A stretch of DNA of 64,000 bases from Octopus bimaculoides (taxonomy: Eukaryota): assembly GCF_001194135.2 (NCBI RefSeq), contig NC_068986.1, positions 45,973,092-46,037,091 of the forward strand, given 5' to 3'. Below, one piece after another: positions 28,401 to 40,200 of this stretch (the first letter of the stretch is position 1; each line of letters begins with the position of its first letter). The translations under genes were made by a program, and so were the position numbers. The notes under the pieces are model-generated. The model did no database searches. It was not told the DNA's origin and saw nothing but the letters and a program-made list of their open reading frames with translations.

Positions 28401-29317
28401 AAGATAAATTTTATATACAATAAATTATGGTTAAAGTGGTATATTGTATGTAATGAAATAATGCAAATTTATAATGGTAAAAATGTTCAAGGCTTTCTGT
28501 TACAGACATTAATTTAAACTTTAAATATATGTGATATAACAGTAATTAAGGCTTCAAAATATTGTTGCTAAATTACTTCTATAACTATAAAAAAAATATA
28601 TAACGTAAATAAATTATTATTTAATGCAATTGATTGTATGTTAATACATTATGGATAAGTCATTGCACGTTCATCTATATGCACTTTCAATAAATGATAT
28701 AAGGAAATTATATAATTGAAATATATTTACCAATATATAATATTTCATAAATAAGTTGTATTATAATTAATATATGAGTTTGTTTCATGATTAAATTAAT
28801 TGAAATTTGTATTTTCTCGCTGAGTTTCTATATCCTTTAATAAGAGGTATACTTTATTTTCTGACAAAATATATTTGTCATTCAAATATTTAAGTAGATA
28901 AATTATATAACTTTTAATTATTTTCAGCAATGTTAAAAATATAAAATACTGTTAAATAAACAGAAATGAAAATTAAGAGAAAACTCAAAACAAAGTTAGA
29001 CTATATGATTTTATATAAATCAATTCATATATTAATTAATTTGGTGCAGGATATGTATTTTCAGGTCTCCCTTGATTAAGATAACTGGGTTATGATAAAT
29101 GGCTAATCGCTCAACTGGAAAGGTTACAGAGAAAATGTTGGCAGGGAGGGGTAAGAAAGCTTGGGCAAAACCATTTTTGTGGTAAGTTGATTGTCCTAAA
29201 CTAAACATTAATGTCATAGGCTATTACAGATTGTCTCAGAGTGGTGTAGTTGATACAGTTGAGTGAGACATAGTAGTGATGAGAGGAGGAGAGATGCATC
29301 TATTCTATTAAAAGGGT

Positions 29318-29530
29318 TTGTTGTTAGTGTTTAACTCAGGTCAGCTCTGCCTAAGTGGAACCTATGATCAAAGGCATTCTAGCCATAACCACTCCGTTGC
29401 TTTTTTTCATGGATAGTTTGCTCTGGACTACAATATCCAATCTGTTCTTTCAATTGTAAAGTGTTATGGTGTAGTTTGAGGGAACATTGGCTGCTATGTT
29501 GAGTGGCCATGTACATAATCCCTCCTTAGC
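29318..29530 (+). repeat. Interspersed repeat family C (representative copy)
   Basis: ttgttgttag..ctatgatcaaaggcattctagcc...ttgagggaacattggctgctat recurs at ~13290-13380, 47290-47400, 54110-54305, 55710-55905 and 61975-62100. Confidence 0.6.
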
Positions 29531-30583
29531 TCCTAACAGATAAAAATGGTTTAAATAGGTAAATATACCATCAGCAACTTCAGGAGTGAAAACTGTTTAA
29601 GTATAGTAAAAGATACAAAGGAAATGCATCACTCAGCTTTAAACCAAAGTTTAAAGGATTTTATCAAGTGACTGCTTTCCTATCAAGTAGGTGGCAATTG
29701 TTTTGGAAGTTGAATAATGGTGAGAAAGCACAAAACAAAATTTCTAGGTATTTCTATAACAATGGGATAAATTTAAAGCCCTAAATATACTTGACAATAA
29801 ATTAATTAAATCATAGCAAGTGAATAAGTTGCTGGGTTTTTATTATAGAGACTAAAGAAGCAAGTCTAGTTTGCACGAGAGGCAGGAATAGTGAAGTTGT
29901 ACAACATCAAGGAATAGAGAAGATATAGTAATGTAAAAATACTACAACGATACTTTTTTGATTCTTGAATTTGTAAATTTTGAATGAAACTATTTCTTGG
30001 AAGGGTAAGCTTACATTTATAAAGCAATAACCATATGTGTAACTGAGACTTATCTGAAGAAAATGGATGTGAAGTGGAGAATGGTGTGTATATGCTGGAG
30101 TCTATATGTGAGAAGAAGGGTATCAGAATATGGGTTGTTAATCCTGACAAAGTAGAAGGGAATATTTATATTATTTAATTATGGGTTGGAAAGAGCTTTG
30201 CTGACAAACAAAGTTATTTGATAACCAAATTCACTTAAGAAATTATTTTCTGTTAGACAAAATCATTGATGGCTATTTCCATTTTAACTATTTTATGTTG
30301 TTATTTTACAGTATTCCTAAACATAAATTTATAAAACACACGCACACACACACATCTTTTATCTTCTATCCTTTATTTGTTTCAGTCATTAGACTGCAGC
30401 CATACTGGAACATTATACCTTTGAATTTGTTTAGTTGAATGAATCAACCCCAGTACTTTTTTTTAAAAACCTGATACTGATTCCATCATTCTCTTTTGCT
30501 GAACGACTAGGTTATGATGACATAACACACCAACACTGGTTGTCAAGCAGTAATGGCAGACAAACACAGACACAAAGACACTT

Positions 30584-30584
<1 letters not shown>

Positions 30585-30665
<81 letters not shown>

Positions 30666-30672
30666 ACACACA
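30585..30672. repeat. (CA)n microsatellite
   Basis: Long CA array inside a SINE B copy. Confidence 0.98.
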
Positions 30673-30680
30673 TATATATA

Positions 30681-31654
30681 GTGCGATGGTTAAATATGTA
30701 TTTCATACTTTTAATTTGGCACAGGCGCATTGCTTGTTTTTGATTTTGTTGACTACACAATTTGGTAGGGTCAGTTGGGCACCATCTCTGAGAAAAGCAG
30801 CACTATGATGCAGTTTACTCTGCCAGAAATTTGGAAATGACATGCTGTGCAGCTTGGCATTCATGCCAGAAGCTCCAATATGAACATTTCAGAATGTTTG
30901 GGTGTCAATCTGAGGACAGTGTAGAGGATTTGGAAAGAGTTGGATAAATCTAATGATTATGAAGGTATGAGAGCTTAGAAAACCCATTTGATTGTTCTGA
31001 TGAATAAAGTACTTACTTCTGAATTTGTTGGTGAGATTCAGGCCATGATTGACATCCAGTCAACATCATGGTGTTTGGAGTGATCACTAGTGACGGTGAT
31101 GTTATGCCTCCATTCATCCTCCCACATGGCCTCAGACTCCAACATGGAAGTCTACATTAAGTGTCTGGAGGAGGTAGAGCTGCCCTGGGTGAAGAAGGTG
31201 GCTGCTGGAAGACTCTATGTCTGGCAACAAAACTCTGCACCATGCCACACAAGTAGGAGAACCCAGTCATGGCTGTCAGACAATTTCTGTGACTACATCA
31301 CCCCTAACATTTGACCACCAAACTCCCCAGATTGCAATCCCCTTGATTATTATTTGTGGGCTGCAACTGAGCAAAAGATGATCAAAACTCTTTGTAACAC
31401 CAAAGATAAACTGAAGACAAGGATTATAGCAGCATTCACCAACTTAAACAAGGAGACCATCCAGAAGAGTTGCAGGAGATTCTGAAGTCATCTGAAAGCC
31501 GTAGTTGAAGCAAATGGCGATTTTATTGAATAAATATACTCTTTAGTATTTCAAGATTTTTATGTAATTATGGTAAATATATCTGTTAAAATGAGATGTC
31601 AGTGTAATTTTCATATTTACATAATTTAGATGACAATTTATTCATCACACCCTG
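30681..31654 (+). mobile_element. Internally deleted DD37D (maT-type) Tc1/mariner element
   Basis: Relic ORF 30805-31533: MMQFTLPEIW...EFVGEIQAMID joined directly to HPVNIMVFGVITSDGDVMPP...WQQ(N)SAPCHTSRRTQSWLSDNFCDYITPNI*PPNSPDCNPLDYY...EANGDFIE*. There are 37 residues between the second catalytic position (here D>N) and the third D. The right end is ...ttcatcacaccctg|TA; the left end gtgcgatggttaaat matches it only partially. Confidence 0.85.
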
Positions 31655-31657
31655 TAT

Positions 31658-31716
<59 letters not shown>

Positions 31717-31909
31717 TATATATATATATGTGTATGTGTGTATATGTATATATATGATGGGCTTCTTTCAGTTTCCATCTACCAGATCCACTCACAAGTC
31801 TTTGGTCTACCTGAGGCTATAGCATAAGATATAAGGTGACACACAGTGGGATTGAACCTGGAACCATGTGGCTGAGAAGCAAGCTTCTTACCACACACCC
31901 ACATCTGCA

Positions 31910-31951
<42 letters not shown>

Positions 31952-32479
31952 CTAATTTACTTTGATGTGAAGTGTTCAATATTTTTCTAAATATAAGCAA
32001 TGTGAATTTTTTAATAATTACTTTCTGTATATTCATGATTGCCAACGTCTTGGAGACTACTGAACTTCCCTTGTCAAATATGTGTGAATTTATAAATATC
32101 ATAATTTCATGTTTAAAATCCTATTTTTACATTTTGAATTACACACAGATAGCAAATGCCCATGATCAGTAATTGATATATCAGTCAACGAGATTAAAAG
32201 ACTAATTGAAAACAACATTGGACATAAGATTTGGAGAGTACATACATACACACACGCATATACATGCTTAAGTAGTGGAAATAACATATAATAAAAAAAT
32301 TAGACTTATTCTATCATTAATGATGGGAAAAACGATGGATTGGCTGAATTAAATCAAACATTATGTGTGCATATGTCATTTTGTCTGCTTATAAGGGTGT
32401 TATTTTGTGTAAATATCTTGCTTGATTTAAGACTATAAAAGTGAGTTAGCACATTAGAGATTTAACTCATGTGAACTCA

Positions 32480-32615
32480 GTAATTTGTTGCCTAGATATT
32501 GATAAATTGAACTCCAGTCAAGGTACTTGAGTTGGTACAACTTACTAAAACCCTAGGATGTGGTGTGCCAGCATGTCTGCAGTCTGATGACTGAAGCCAG
32601 TAAAAGAATAAATGA
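32480..32615 (+). mobile_element. SINE family B-type 3' tail fragment
   Basis: gtgtgccagcatgtctgcagtctgatgactgaagccagtaaaagaataaa. A similar tail lies at ~20690-20785. Confidence 0.55.
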
Positions 32616-35600
32616 ATATTAATAGCACTGAGACTGCAAGAAACTTCCAAGATACTTATTAACTTTCTGTTTCTATCTAAATGAAATCAATAATATATTC
32701 CATTCTCCTATTTTTCTTCTGTGATTCTACATTAGTGATGATTATTTTAATTATGAGTACTTGCCAGTTTTCTTTCACAGTATGTAAACTCTATTGTCAG
32801 TGAAGTATATTTAGGTGTTAATTTTATATTTTATTCTCATTGATTTTCTAGAGATTCAATATTAGTGTTGATTGTTTTAATTATAAATGCTTGTCATGTT
32901 TTCTTTTCAGATTACAACTATTCTACTCATGCATTGGAATCAGGTATTATTTTCAATAATAGGGCAAAATATATATTACAGTTGAGTAAGCTTTTTTTTT
33001 TACCATAAAGTAAACTATTGTTTTACAACTTCCTTTAGATTATATTTTCTATAGTAAACACAGTCATACTATAATCTACTTCAGTATCACTTGAAAATTA
33101 TAATCTTGGTTTTTGTATGATAAAACTGAATTTGGTTTTAGCCATTATTCCAATATAACCCTCAAACCATATCTGACAGAATGTACTAATCTGAATTTAG
33201 TCTATGCAGCCACCATAAATAAATTATCATCAACACTGTATTCACTCTCTTCAATCTTAGATTGATTTCATTCACTTAACATTGTTTTGTCTATGAATAT
33301 TTTGTCTTCATTTTTGGTCAATAATTACTAGCCTTTAACAATTGTTTATACAAACTCCTTGATCCATCTATCATACATACATTTTGTTATCACAGCTGCC
33401 TTGTTAGAACATATTGATCACTAGCTTATTATATAAATATTGTTGTTAATTATTCAAACTATTGATATTTCTACTTTCAAACTGTAAGTTAGTAGATCAA
33501 ACCAAAAATAATAAAAAACTAATGAATAGAAAAAAATTGTCTCTCATTTATTCCAAAGCATTATGTATAAGCATCCTTCAAAACTTTTATGCATACCAAC
33601 AGTTTATCTCTGTTTTTTAAGGATGAATTACTGTTATTTGATGTGACTCGGTGAACTATGAAAAGTTTGAATAATTTAAAAACACCATTGATTGTGTAGC
33701 TAGTGAACAAAAAGTGCTTGCTAAAAGGATCTTTATTTTTTATGGAGTTCATACAGTTAAATGTAGATTTATAAACAACCATGTGTTTATTATCTACAAA
33801 ACATTTTTACCTACTCCACACAAAAATATTTTAAGCATAATTGGTAATAGAAGAGTTCTATCTAAATTCACACAAAATCTACCATAATTTGATTGTGTGG
33901 GATTATGTTAGTTTCATTATTCCATTAATGTTCTTTGTTTAACATGCTTTCCTTTCAAAATATTTTAAAACAAGCAATCAACTTTACTTTGCTTTCAGTG
34001 GCATAAATCTACTGAGTATGTAAATATTTTTGCTAATTCTCATCAATCATTTCCTTTTGATATTCTTTTATTAAATACTAACTAGTCAATCCCAGAATTC
34101 CAATAGTATGTTTAACATTGAATAATGGTTTATGTAAAAATTTGTTCAGATGCATACTGTAATCCCCCTTATAAGAAAACTTCATTATCCATAACTACAT
34201 TAGATAATGCATTTTTTTGTCTGCCTTCAGTAAATGTATGTCTTTGCTTTAGTTGTAATGGTCTGATAGCCACATTAATTTCTTTTAGCTTGTACACTTC
34301 AACGTAAGATAGATTTTATATTGTTTGTGTCATGTTAGAAACTCTCAATACATTTTGAAGAGCCCATTCTTCAACAAGGTAGGTCTTTTAACATCATTAC
34401 ACTGTTAGATATCATGTGAACTAAAATGATATTTAAACAAATGCGTTCAGTATATTAGAAGGATAAAGAAAGAATAGAGTTATTCAATGCATTTTAAAAT
34501 AAGTTCTTATACATTTTTGTAAATTCATGATTTTTGTAGCTTAACAAATAATAACATTTGTATAAAGTAAAATAAATTAATTTATAAACAGCAATAAAAA
34601 AAGCAAATAATACACAAAGAAATTGCCAAAATTACTTTGTAGTTAATTTAATTAACATAAATGTAGAGACTGTTGAAAAACCTTTAGCAGGCCAATTAAA
34701 TAATGGAAAATTAAATTTTGTTGATTAACAAATGAAATCTTGATATTAAAAGAAATGTTATTGGGCATCTTAATGTCTCTACTTTCTCTCAGTCAATTTC
34801 TCTCTCTCTCTCTCTCTATGTCTCTCTCTCCCTCTCTTTGTCTCTCTCACCCTCACTTTGTCTCTCTCTCTCTTTTTAACATACATGAACACAAATACAA
34901 ATACACACAGTGAACATACATACATTTCAACTTCAGGTTTGCCTGAATGCTCTGTCATTTACAGGAAACAACTAAAGTAGCAGTAATGCTAATTCACACT
35001 TTGTTTGCAAGAAGTACCATTGCCTTGTTGCTTCAATATTCCTTTTTTGCCTAATAGTTACATTCACACTTCATTTAGCATAATTAGTTTGCAAACATTT
35101 CAACATTTCTTTTTATTATGCAACTCACAAGCACTTTAGAGAACGTATTTATTCTCAGACTTGTCGATATTTTGAACACAAGGTATATTTATTTAAATGG
35201 AAATTCCTATTTCATAAAAAGAAATTCTAAAAATTTAGATTTATTGTTGAGAAAAATTAAAACAAAGAAGTTATTTCTGACATTTGCAGTATATCTTTTG
35301 TTATATTTTATAAGTATTTTTACTTTTTGTTACATTTATGCTTTCCTTATGAGCACACAATGCCAGTGCAATTTTTGAAGTAATATCTGTGGTTTTACTA
35401 ATTTCATTGCTACATTAATACTAGTGATATCTAGCTTACTTAGGTAACAATGAATCATTTCTGATTTCAGTCAGCTCTTTATAGAATAATTCTTGGTTCT
35501 TTTCACAACAGTTACTGCAATTGTGCCTTTTCTGTCACAAAAACAGAGGTAATGTTTTTTTTATATCTTCTTAGATTAAATCACAGTGATATCTGGATGA

Positions 35601-36677
35601 AGGAACATTTGGTTTTGAATTGTAGTGCACTAATGCTTGGAGAAAAGCATAACATAAAGAAGATTCAAGTTCAGATTAAGAATTATTGTGTTTATTAGGG
35701 ATTCTAGAAAGAAAAGACAGTTTATAACTGACAATTTATATTGCAATAATTTAAAAAAAATTAATCTAATTAAAGATTGAGTTATGTATTATGTCAGGAT
35801 TTTGTCATGATTAACATGAAAATTAATTTTTGAAACTTCTTTCATTACTTAGCATTGATACAACAAAATAAGTCATTATTTTTAAATATAGTGTTCAATT
35901 TTGTGTGTCAGTAAGAAAATATATTCATAAAAAATTGTTGAATAAAAGAAACATTAGGCTCTTGGTTTAGATAATCTGTTACAAAAACGGAGCTTCAAGT
36001 AGCACATAGATTCTAATATCTGTATATCTTCAAAGAAGAATCATAAAGAGCCAAAACAGATTCAGGGATGGCTGAAAAATAGAGCACATGATCTTCTCCA
36101 AATATCAAATTCAGAAAAAGTGCAATAAAAAGTAGAAGCCACTGCACATGATGTTTATCACTTCAAAGTAAACAAGATGTGTAATTAATCATATGGCTAC
36201 TGCAGGTGTTTATAATTTATCAGAGCTTGTTACCTACACTAAAGAAAACAAATATATCAATGGATGGATAAATTAAACCACTATGCAAACACTGTTCTCA
36301 GTGATTTCACTTCTAACTCCTTGTAAAACTTGATTTCAATGACTATTGAAAAGAGCACTGTTGAAATCATGGTTTAAACAATAAGCGTCTTGTAAGATCT
36401 GGTTTATAAATTTCTGTAACCAGATGATTCCAATATACAAGTTTCATTGAATGACAGGAATTATTTCTTTTGACTTGGCACAAGAAGACTGTAGGAAGTA
36501 GAGTTGATTAAGCTGGCTTTAGTTTCTTACTATTGCGTAGTTTAATCAACCATGTAAAGGTTAGAATACTGTAGTATCTGATATCAGGCTAAACACAATA
36601 AAACATCTAATCTGTCAATATCATTTAGGCCAATTTATTTATCCCTAATGAGACGATGGTGATGATGATGATGATAA

Positions 36678-36885
36678 TGGTTTCAAATATTGGTGGCAGT
36701 AATTTCGGAAGTGAGATAAGTTACTTACAATGAATGACCCTCAATGCTCAACTGGTACCTATCTTATCGACCTTGAAAGGATGAAAGGCAAAGTTGACCT
36801 CAGTGGAATTTGAACTCAGAATGTGAAGACAGACAAAATACCACTAAACACTTTGCCTGGCATGCTAACGATTCTGCTAGCTTGC
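36678..36885 (-). mobile_element. SINE family A copy
   Basis: Contains gaaaggatgaaaggcaaagttgacctcagtggaatttgaactcagaatgt and catgctaacgattctgctagc. Confidence 0.85.
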
Positions 36886-37080
36886 TGGTACAATGATGGG
36901 GACAGCTAGGATTTTGAGACTGGTGCTTTGGTGTTGAATGTCTTCCACAATAATTAACAACCACTTATCAGAGCTTATAATGTGTGGAAAGAGACCCTGT
37001 GAGACCTCTGTCAACAGGCTGCTGTCCGCTCTCACAAAATCAATCAGAGCAAACAAGACCGAGCATTTTGAGAAGTAAAA
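36886..37080 (+). mobile_element. 3' end of an R4/Dong-clade non-LTR retrotransposon (piece A)
   Basis: Encodes MMGTARILRLVL, matching the C-terminal motif of RLE-type LINE ORFs. It is followed by a ~145-nt 3' UTR and an (AAT)n-like tract. Confidence 0.6.
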
Positions 37081-37116
37081 CAATAATGATAATAATAATG
37101 GCAATAATGCTAGATG

Positions 37117-38306
37117 ATGAACACCAAGATGGAGGAGAAAATTTCTTCTGGATATTCCAGAAGAGTTAAAAAGTTATGTAGATCTAAGTTGAATGAAAGA
37201 ACCTGATTAGAGGCATCAATGCATATGACAGTAGGTGTAATACATTACTGTGCAGGCATTGTGGAATGTACAAGGGAAGAACTGGTCAACATGAGTAGAA
37301 AAATTAGGAAGGTAATTGCTACGTTGCAAGGTTTTACTTAGGAAGGAAGATGGAAGAAGACTGGTTGGAATAGAGGCTAGTTTGTGAAGGAGACCAAGTA
37401 CTTGCATGCTTATCTGAGGAATAGTGATGAAAGAATGTTGTAGGCTGCCCTGAATGAGAAGATGATCAGTGACAATGGTAAGACCTTCCAGGCGTACAAT
37501 ATAAGAACTAATAGAGAAAAGATCATCAACTGGAAAGAGAAAGTCCTTCACAGAGTGTTTTCCCAGCAAAATCAGGTGAAGCAAATGAAGAATCCAGAAG
37601 ATGGTAAAGACAACTTTTTTTTTTTCAAAGAAGTTGACCAAAGGACTGATTCTTACTGTTGAAGAACAAGCTTTATAAACCAACTCAATCAAGTGTAACA
37701 TTGATAAGACAGCAGTATCACCATTGTGTAGACCATGTGGAAAATTATCTGAGACAGACATATAATTAGTAGATGTTCAAAACTGACCCAAAAGAGTACA
37801 AAAAAACCATGACAAAATGGCAGTGTGAATACATTGTAAGTTGTGCAAAAACTATGGGTTTAAATGTGCCAATAAGTGGTATGAGCCAATCTTTGCCAGT
37901 AGCAGAAAACGATCAGGTGAAACTCACATGGGATATGCTAATGTACACAGACAAGAAGCTCCTGCATAACTGACTAGATATCACCCTCCTACGGAAAGAG
38001 TCCATATTTATCCTTGCAGAACAGAATATTATAAAGACAGAGGACAAGAAAGTTGGAAAGTACCAAGATCTAGCATTGGAAGTGAAACGAATTGACAGAG
38101 CTGCAAAAGTGAATGTGCAAAAGAGAGAGGGAGAGAGAGCAATATTCTGACTTAAAAAACTGCATATACCAAATTTCATAGGAAGTATTCAGTTGATAAC
38201 ATTACTTAAAACAGCTCAATTGTTGAGAAAAGTGTTGCTTCTCTAAGCTGTAAGATGAAGCTGAGATGTGACATAAGTAACTCAAGAAAAGTTAAGTGAA
38301 TAAGTG
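37117..38306 (+). mobile_element. 5'-truncated R4/Dong-clade (restriction-like endonuclease) LINE, degenerate (piece B)
   Basis: Frameshifted translation gives GYSRRVKKLCRSKLN..NLIRGINA..GVIHYCAGIVECTREELVNMSRKIRK, a CCHC knuckle CRPCGKLSET..HIISRCSKL, then KLTWDMLMYTDKKLLHN*LDIT, EDKKVGKYQDLALEVKRI and KTAQLLRKVL*. (AAT)n-like tracts lie on both sides. Confidence 0.85.
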
Positions 38307-38320
38307 AATAATAATAAAAA

Positions 38321-38413
38321 TTGTTTCTAATATAGACACAAGACCTGAAATTTTGAGGGTGGAAGTTATTTGATACCATCGACTCCAAAACTTGACTGGT
38401 GCTTTATTTTACC
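38321..38413 (-). mobile_element. SINE family A 3' fragment
   Basis: gacacaagacctgaaattttgagggtgg..catcgactcc..ctggt matches the tail half of the other copies. Confidence 0.55.
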
Positions 38414-38515
38414 AGTCAAGTACTGGAATGAGTAGCATTAGCTAACTCCTTCTTCTGAAGTTTTGGGCCTTGGGATTATGTTTCAGAGAACAACAACAAT
38501 AATAATGATAATAAT

Positions 38516-38712
38516 GGTTTCAAATTTTGACACAAGGCCAGCAGTTTCAGAGGAGGAATAAGTTGACTACATCAACCTTAGTGCTGAACTGGTACTTATT
38601 TTATTGACCCTGAAAGAATGAAGGGCAAAATTGTTGTCAGCAGAATTTGAACTCAGAATGTAAAGATGGACAAAACGCTTATGGCATTTTGTCCGGTATG
38701 CCAACTTGCCAC
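38516..38712 (-). mobile_element. SINE family A copy
   Basis: Contains ggtttcaaattttgacacaaggccagc...cagaatttgaactcagaatgtaaagatggac and sits between AAT tracts. Confidence 0.8.
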
Positions 38713-38738
38713 TTTGACAATAATTATAATAATAATAA

Positions 38739-39008
38739 GGAAGTGCAGCAAATGTTGTTGCAAAGGAGGTGAAATTAATGGTAAAGAAAAAAGTGCATGA
38801 ACAATTGGCTGAGAGATGGGAGCAGAAATCTCTGCATGGTAAATATGTGGCCTGTTGAAAACAAGCTGATGTTGATGAAAAGCACACTCATCAGTGGCTA
38901 CGGAGCTTGAGGTTAAAGGCAGAGACCAAAGGCTTCATCTTTGTTGATCAAGATCAAAGCTTATTTACTCAGGAGTACCAAGCCAATGTGATGAAAAATG
39001 GAGTAGAT
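38739..39008 (+). mobile_element. Internal fragment of a further R4/Dong-clade LINE (piece C)
   Basis: Translates as HEQLAERWEQKSLHGKYV..DVDEKHTHQWLRSLRLKAETKGFIFVDQDQSLFTQEYQANVMKNGVD and follows an (AAT)n tract. Confidence 0.8.
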
Positions 39009-39577
39009 GTAACTCCTTTGGATAAGAAAAAATGATCTGGTTCAGATTTCTCAAGACCGGAATGAACAAGTTTGAAAATTCTTTAAAGAATTTCTTCATA
39101 TCTTTGATCGTCATTGCATTTCTTTAGTATATCACTCCACATCTTTTGACAACCATAGTAGGCTGATTAGGAAAATCTCTAGGGCCACTAGTCTAGATTC
39201 CAGTCTTCAATCTCATCTGCAAAGTGATCTTGGAAACATTCGGTGAATTGCTTTGGGTCTTGTATCATAAATGCTTTTCACTTGCTAAGAGACCTTGTTG
39301 AGATATAAATGAATAAATGGTAAAAAAAACCAAAAAAAAAACCACTAATCAAGCATCCTCTTTTAGCTTTAGTTTAACTTGACTTGATTGATCAATATTT
39401 TGTGCATGGAATAGATCATAACTTTAAACTGTGATTAGCTGGCTAATTAACCATTGATCTAACAAATATTATATTCAAATAAGATCTGTTATCTTCACCT
39501 TTATCAGAAATCCTTACTGATTTCCTCAGATGCAAGCTGTAACCAGCCAGCCAGTGTGTAAAGATTCAGTTTATAAT

Positions 39578-39809
39578 TAATTCTTTATTGCCCACAAGGG
39601 GCTAAACATAGAGGGGGACAAACAAGGACAGACAAAGGGACTAAGTCGATTACATCGACACCAGTGCATAACTGGTACTTAATTAATCGACTCCGAAAGG
39701 ATGAAAGGCAAAGCCGACCTCGGCGGAATTTGAACTCAGAATGTAGCAGCAGACGAAATACCATTAAGCATTGCACCTGCCATGCTAACGATTCTGCCAG
39801 CTCACCACC
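39578..39809 (-). mobile_element. tRNA-derived SINE family A, young complete copy with 13-bp TSD
   Basis: Minus-strand head ggtggtgagctggcagaatcgttagc (A box) and gagttcaaattccgcc (B box). The perfect direct repeat ttcagtttataat lies at 39565-39577 and 39810-39822. Many CpGs are retained. Confidence 0.9.
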
Positions 39810-40166
39810 TTCAGTTTATAATGACTTAAAAAGAAGCTCTTAGTGCAGAATTTTCCAGAGTAAATTGCAGTGGTATCTTAATATTTATGCTTTCCTTTCT
39901 GATGTGTTTGTGCTTAAAAAAAGCACTGCTTCTCCACAAGCTTGTGAAATCTGTTGCTGATCAAATAATATTAATAACCTTTTAGTGTCTGTCATATTTT
40001 ACATATGTATCTCATTAATTCATTCATTTAACATCCATTTATCCATGCTAGCATAGCTTGGATAGAAATTGATTTTAAGGCAAGATTTTACAGTTGGATG
40101 TTCTTCCTGTTGTTGACTCTCAAAAGTCTTTCAAGCAAGGGATTTATATATTCCACAGGTCCATAA

Positions 40167-40200
<34 letters not shown>

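Larger units (their letters stand above)
30361..31911 (-). mobile_element. SINE family B copy split by the DD37D transposon
   Basis: The 3' half is at 30361-30582 and the head at 31756-31911, both minus strand. They are separated by CA/TA arrays containing the transposon. Confidence 0.75.

Noticed and set aside
39020-39300. Possible further Tc1/mariner relic on the minus strand
   Set aside because: Only vague resemblance around a WP motif and no TIRs; too degenerate to support.
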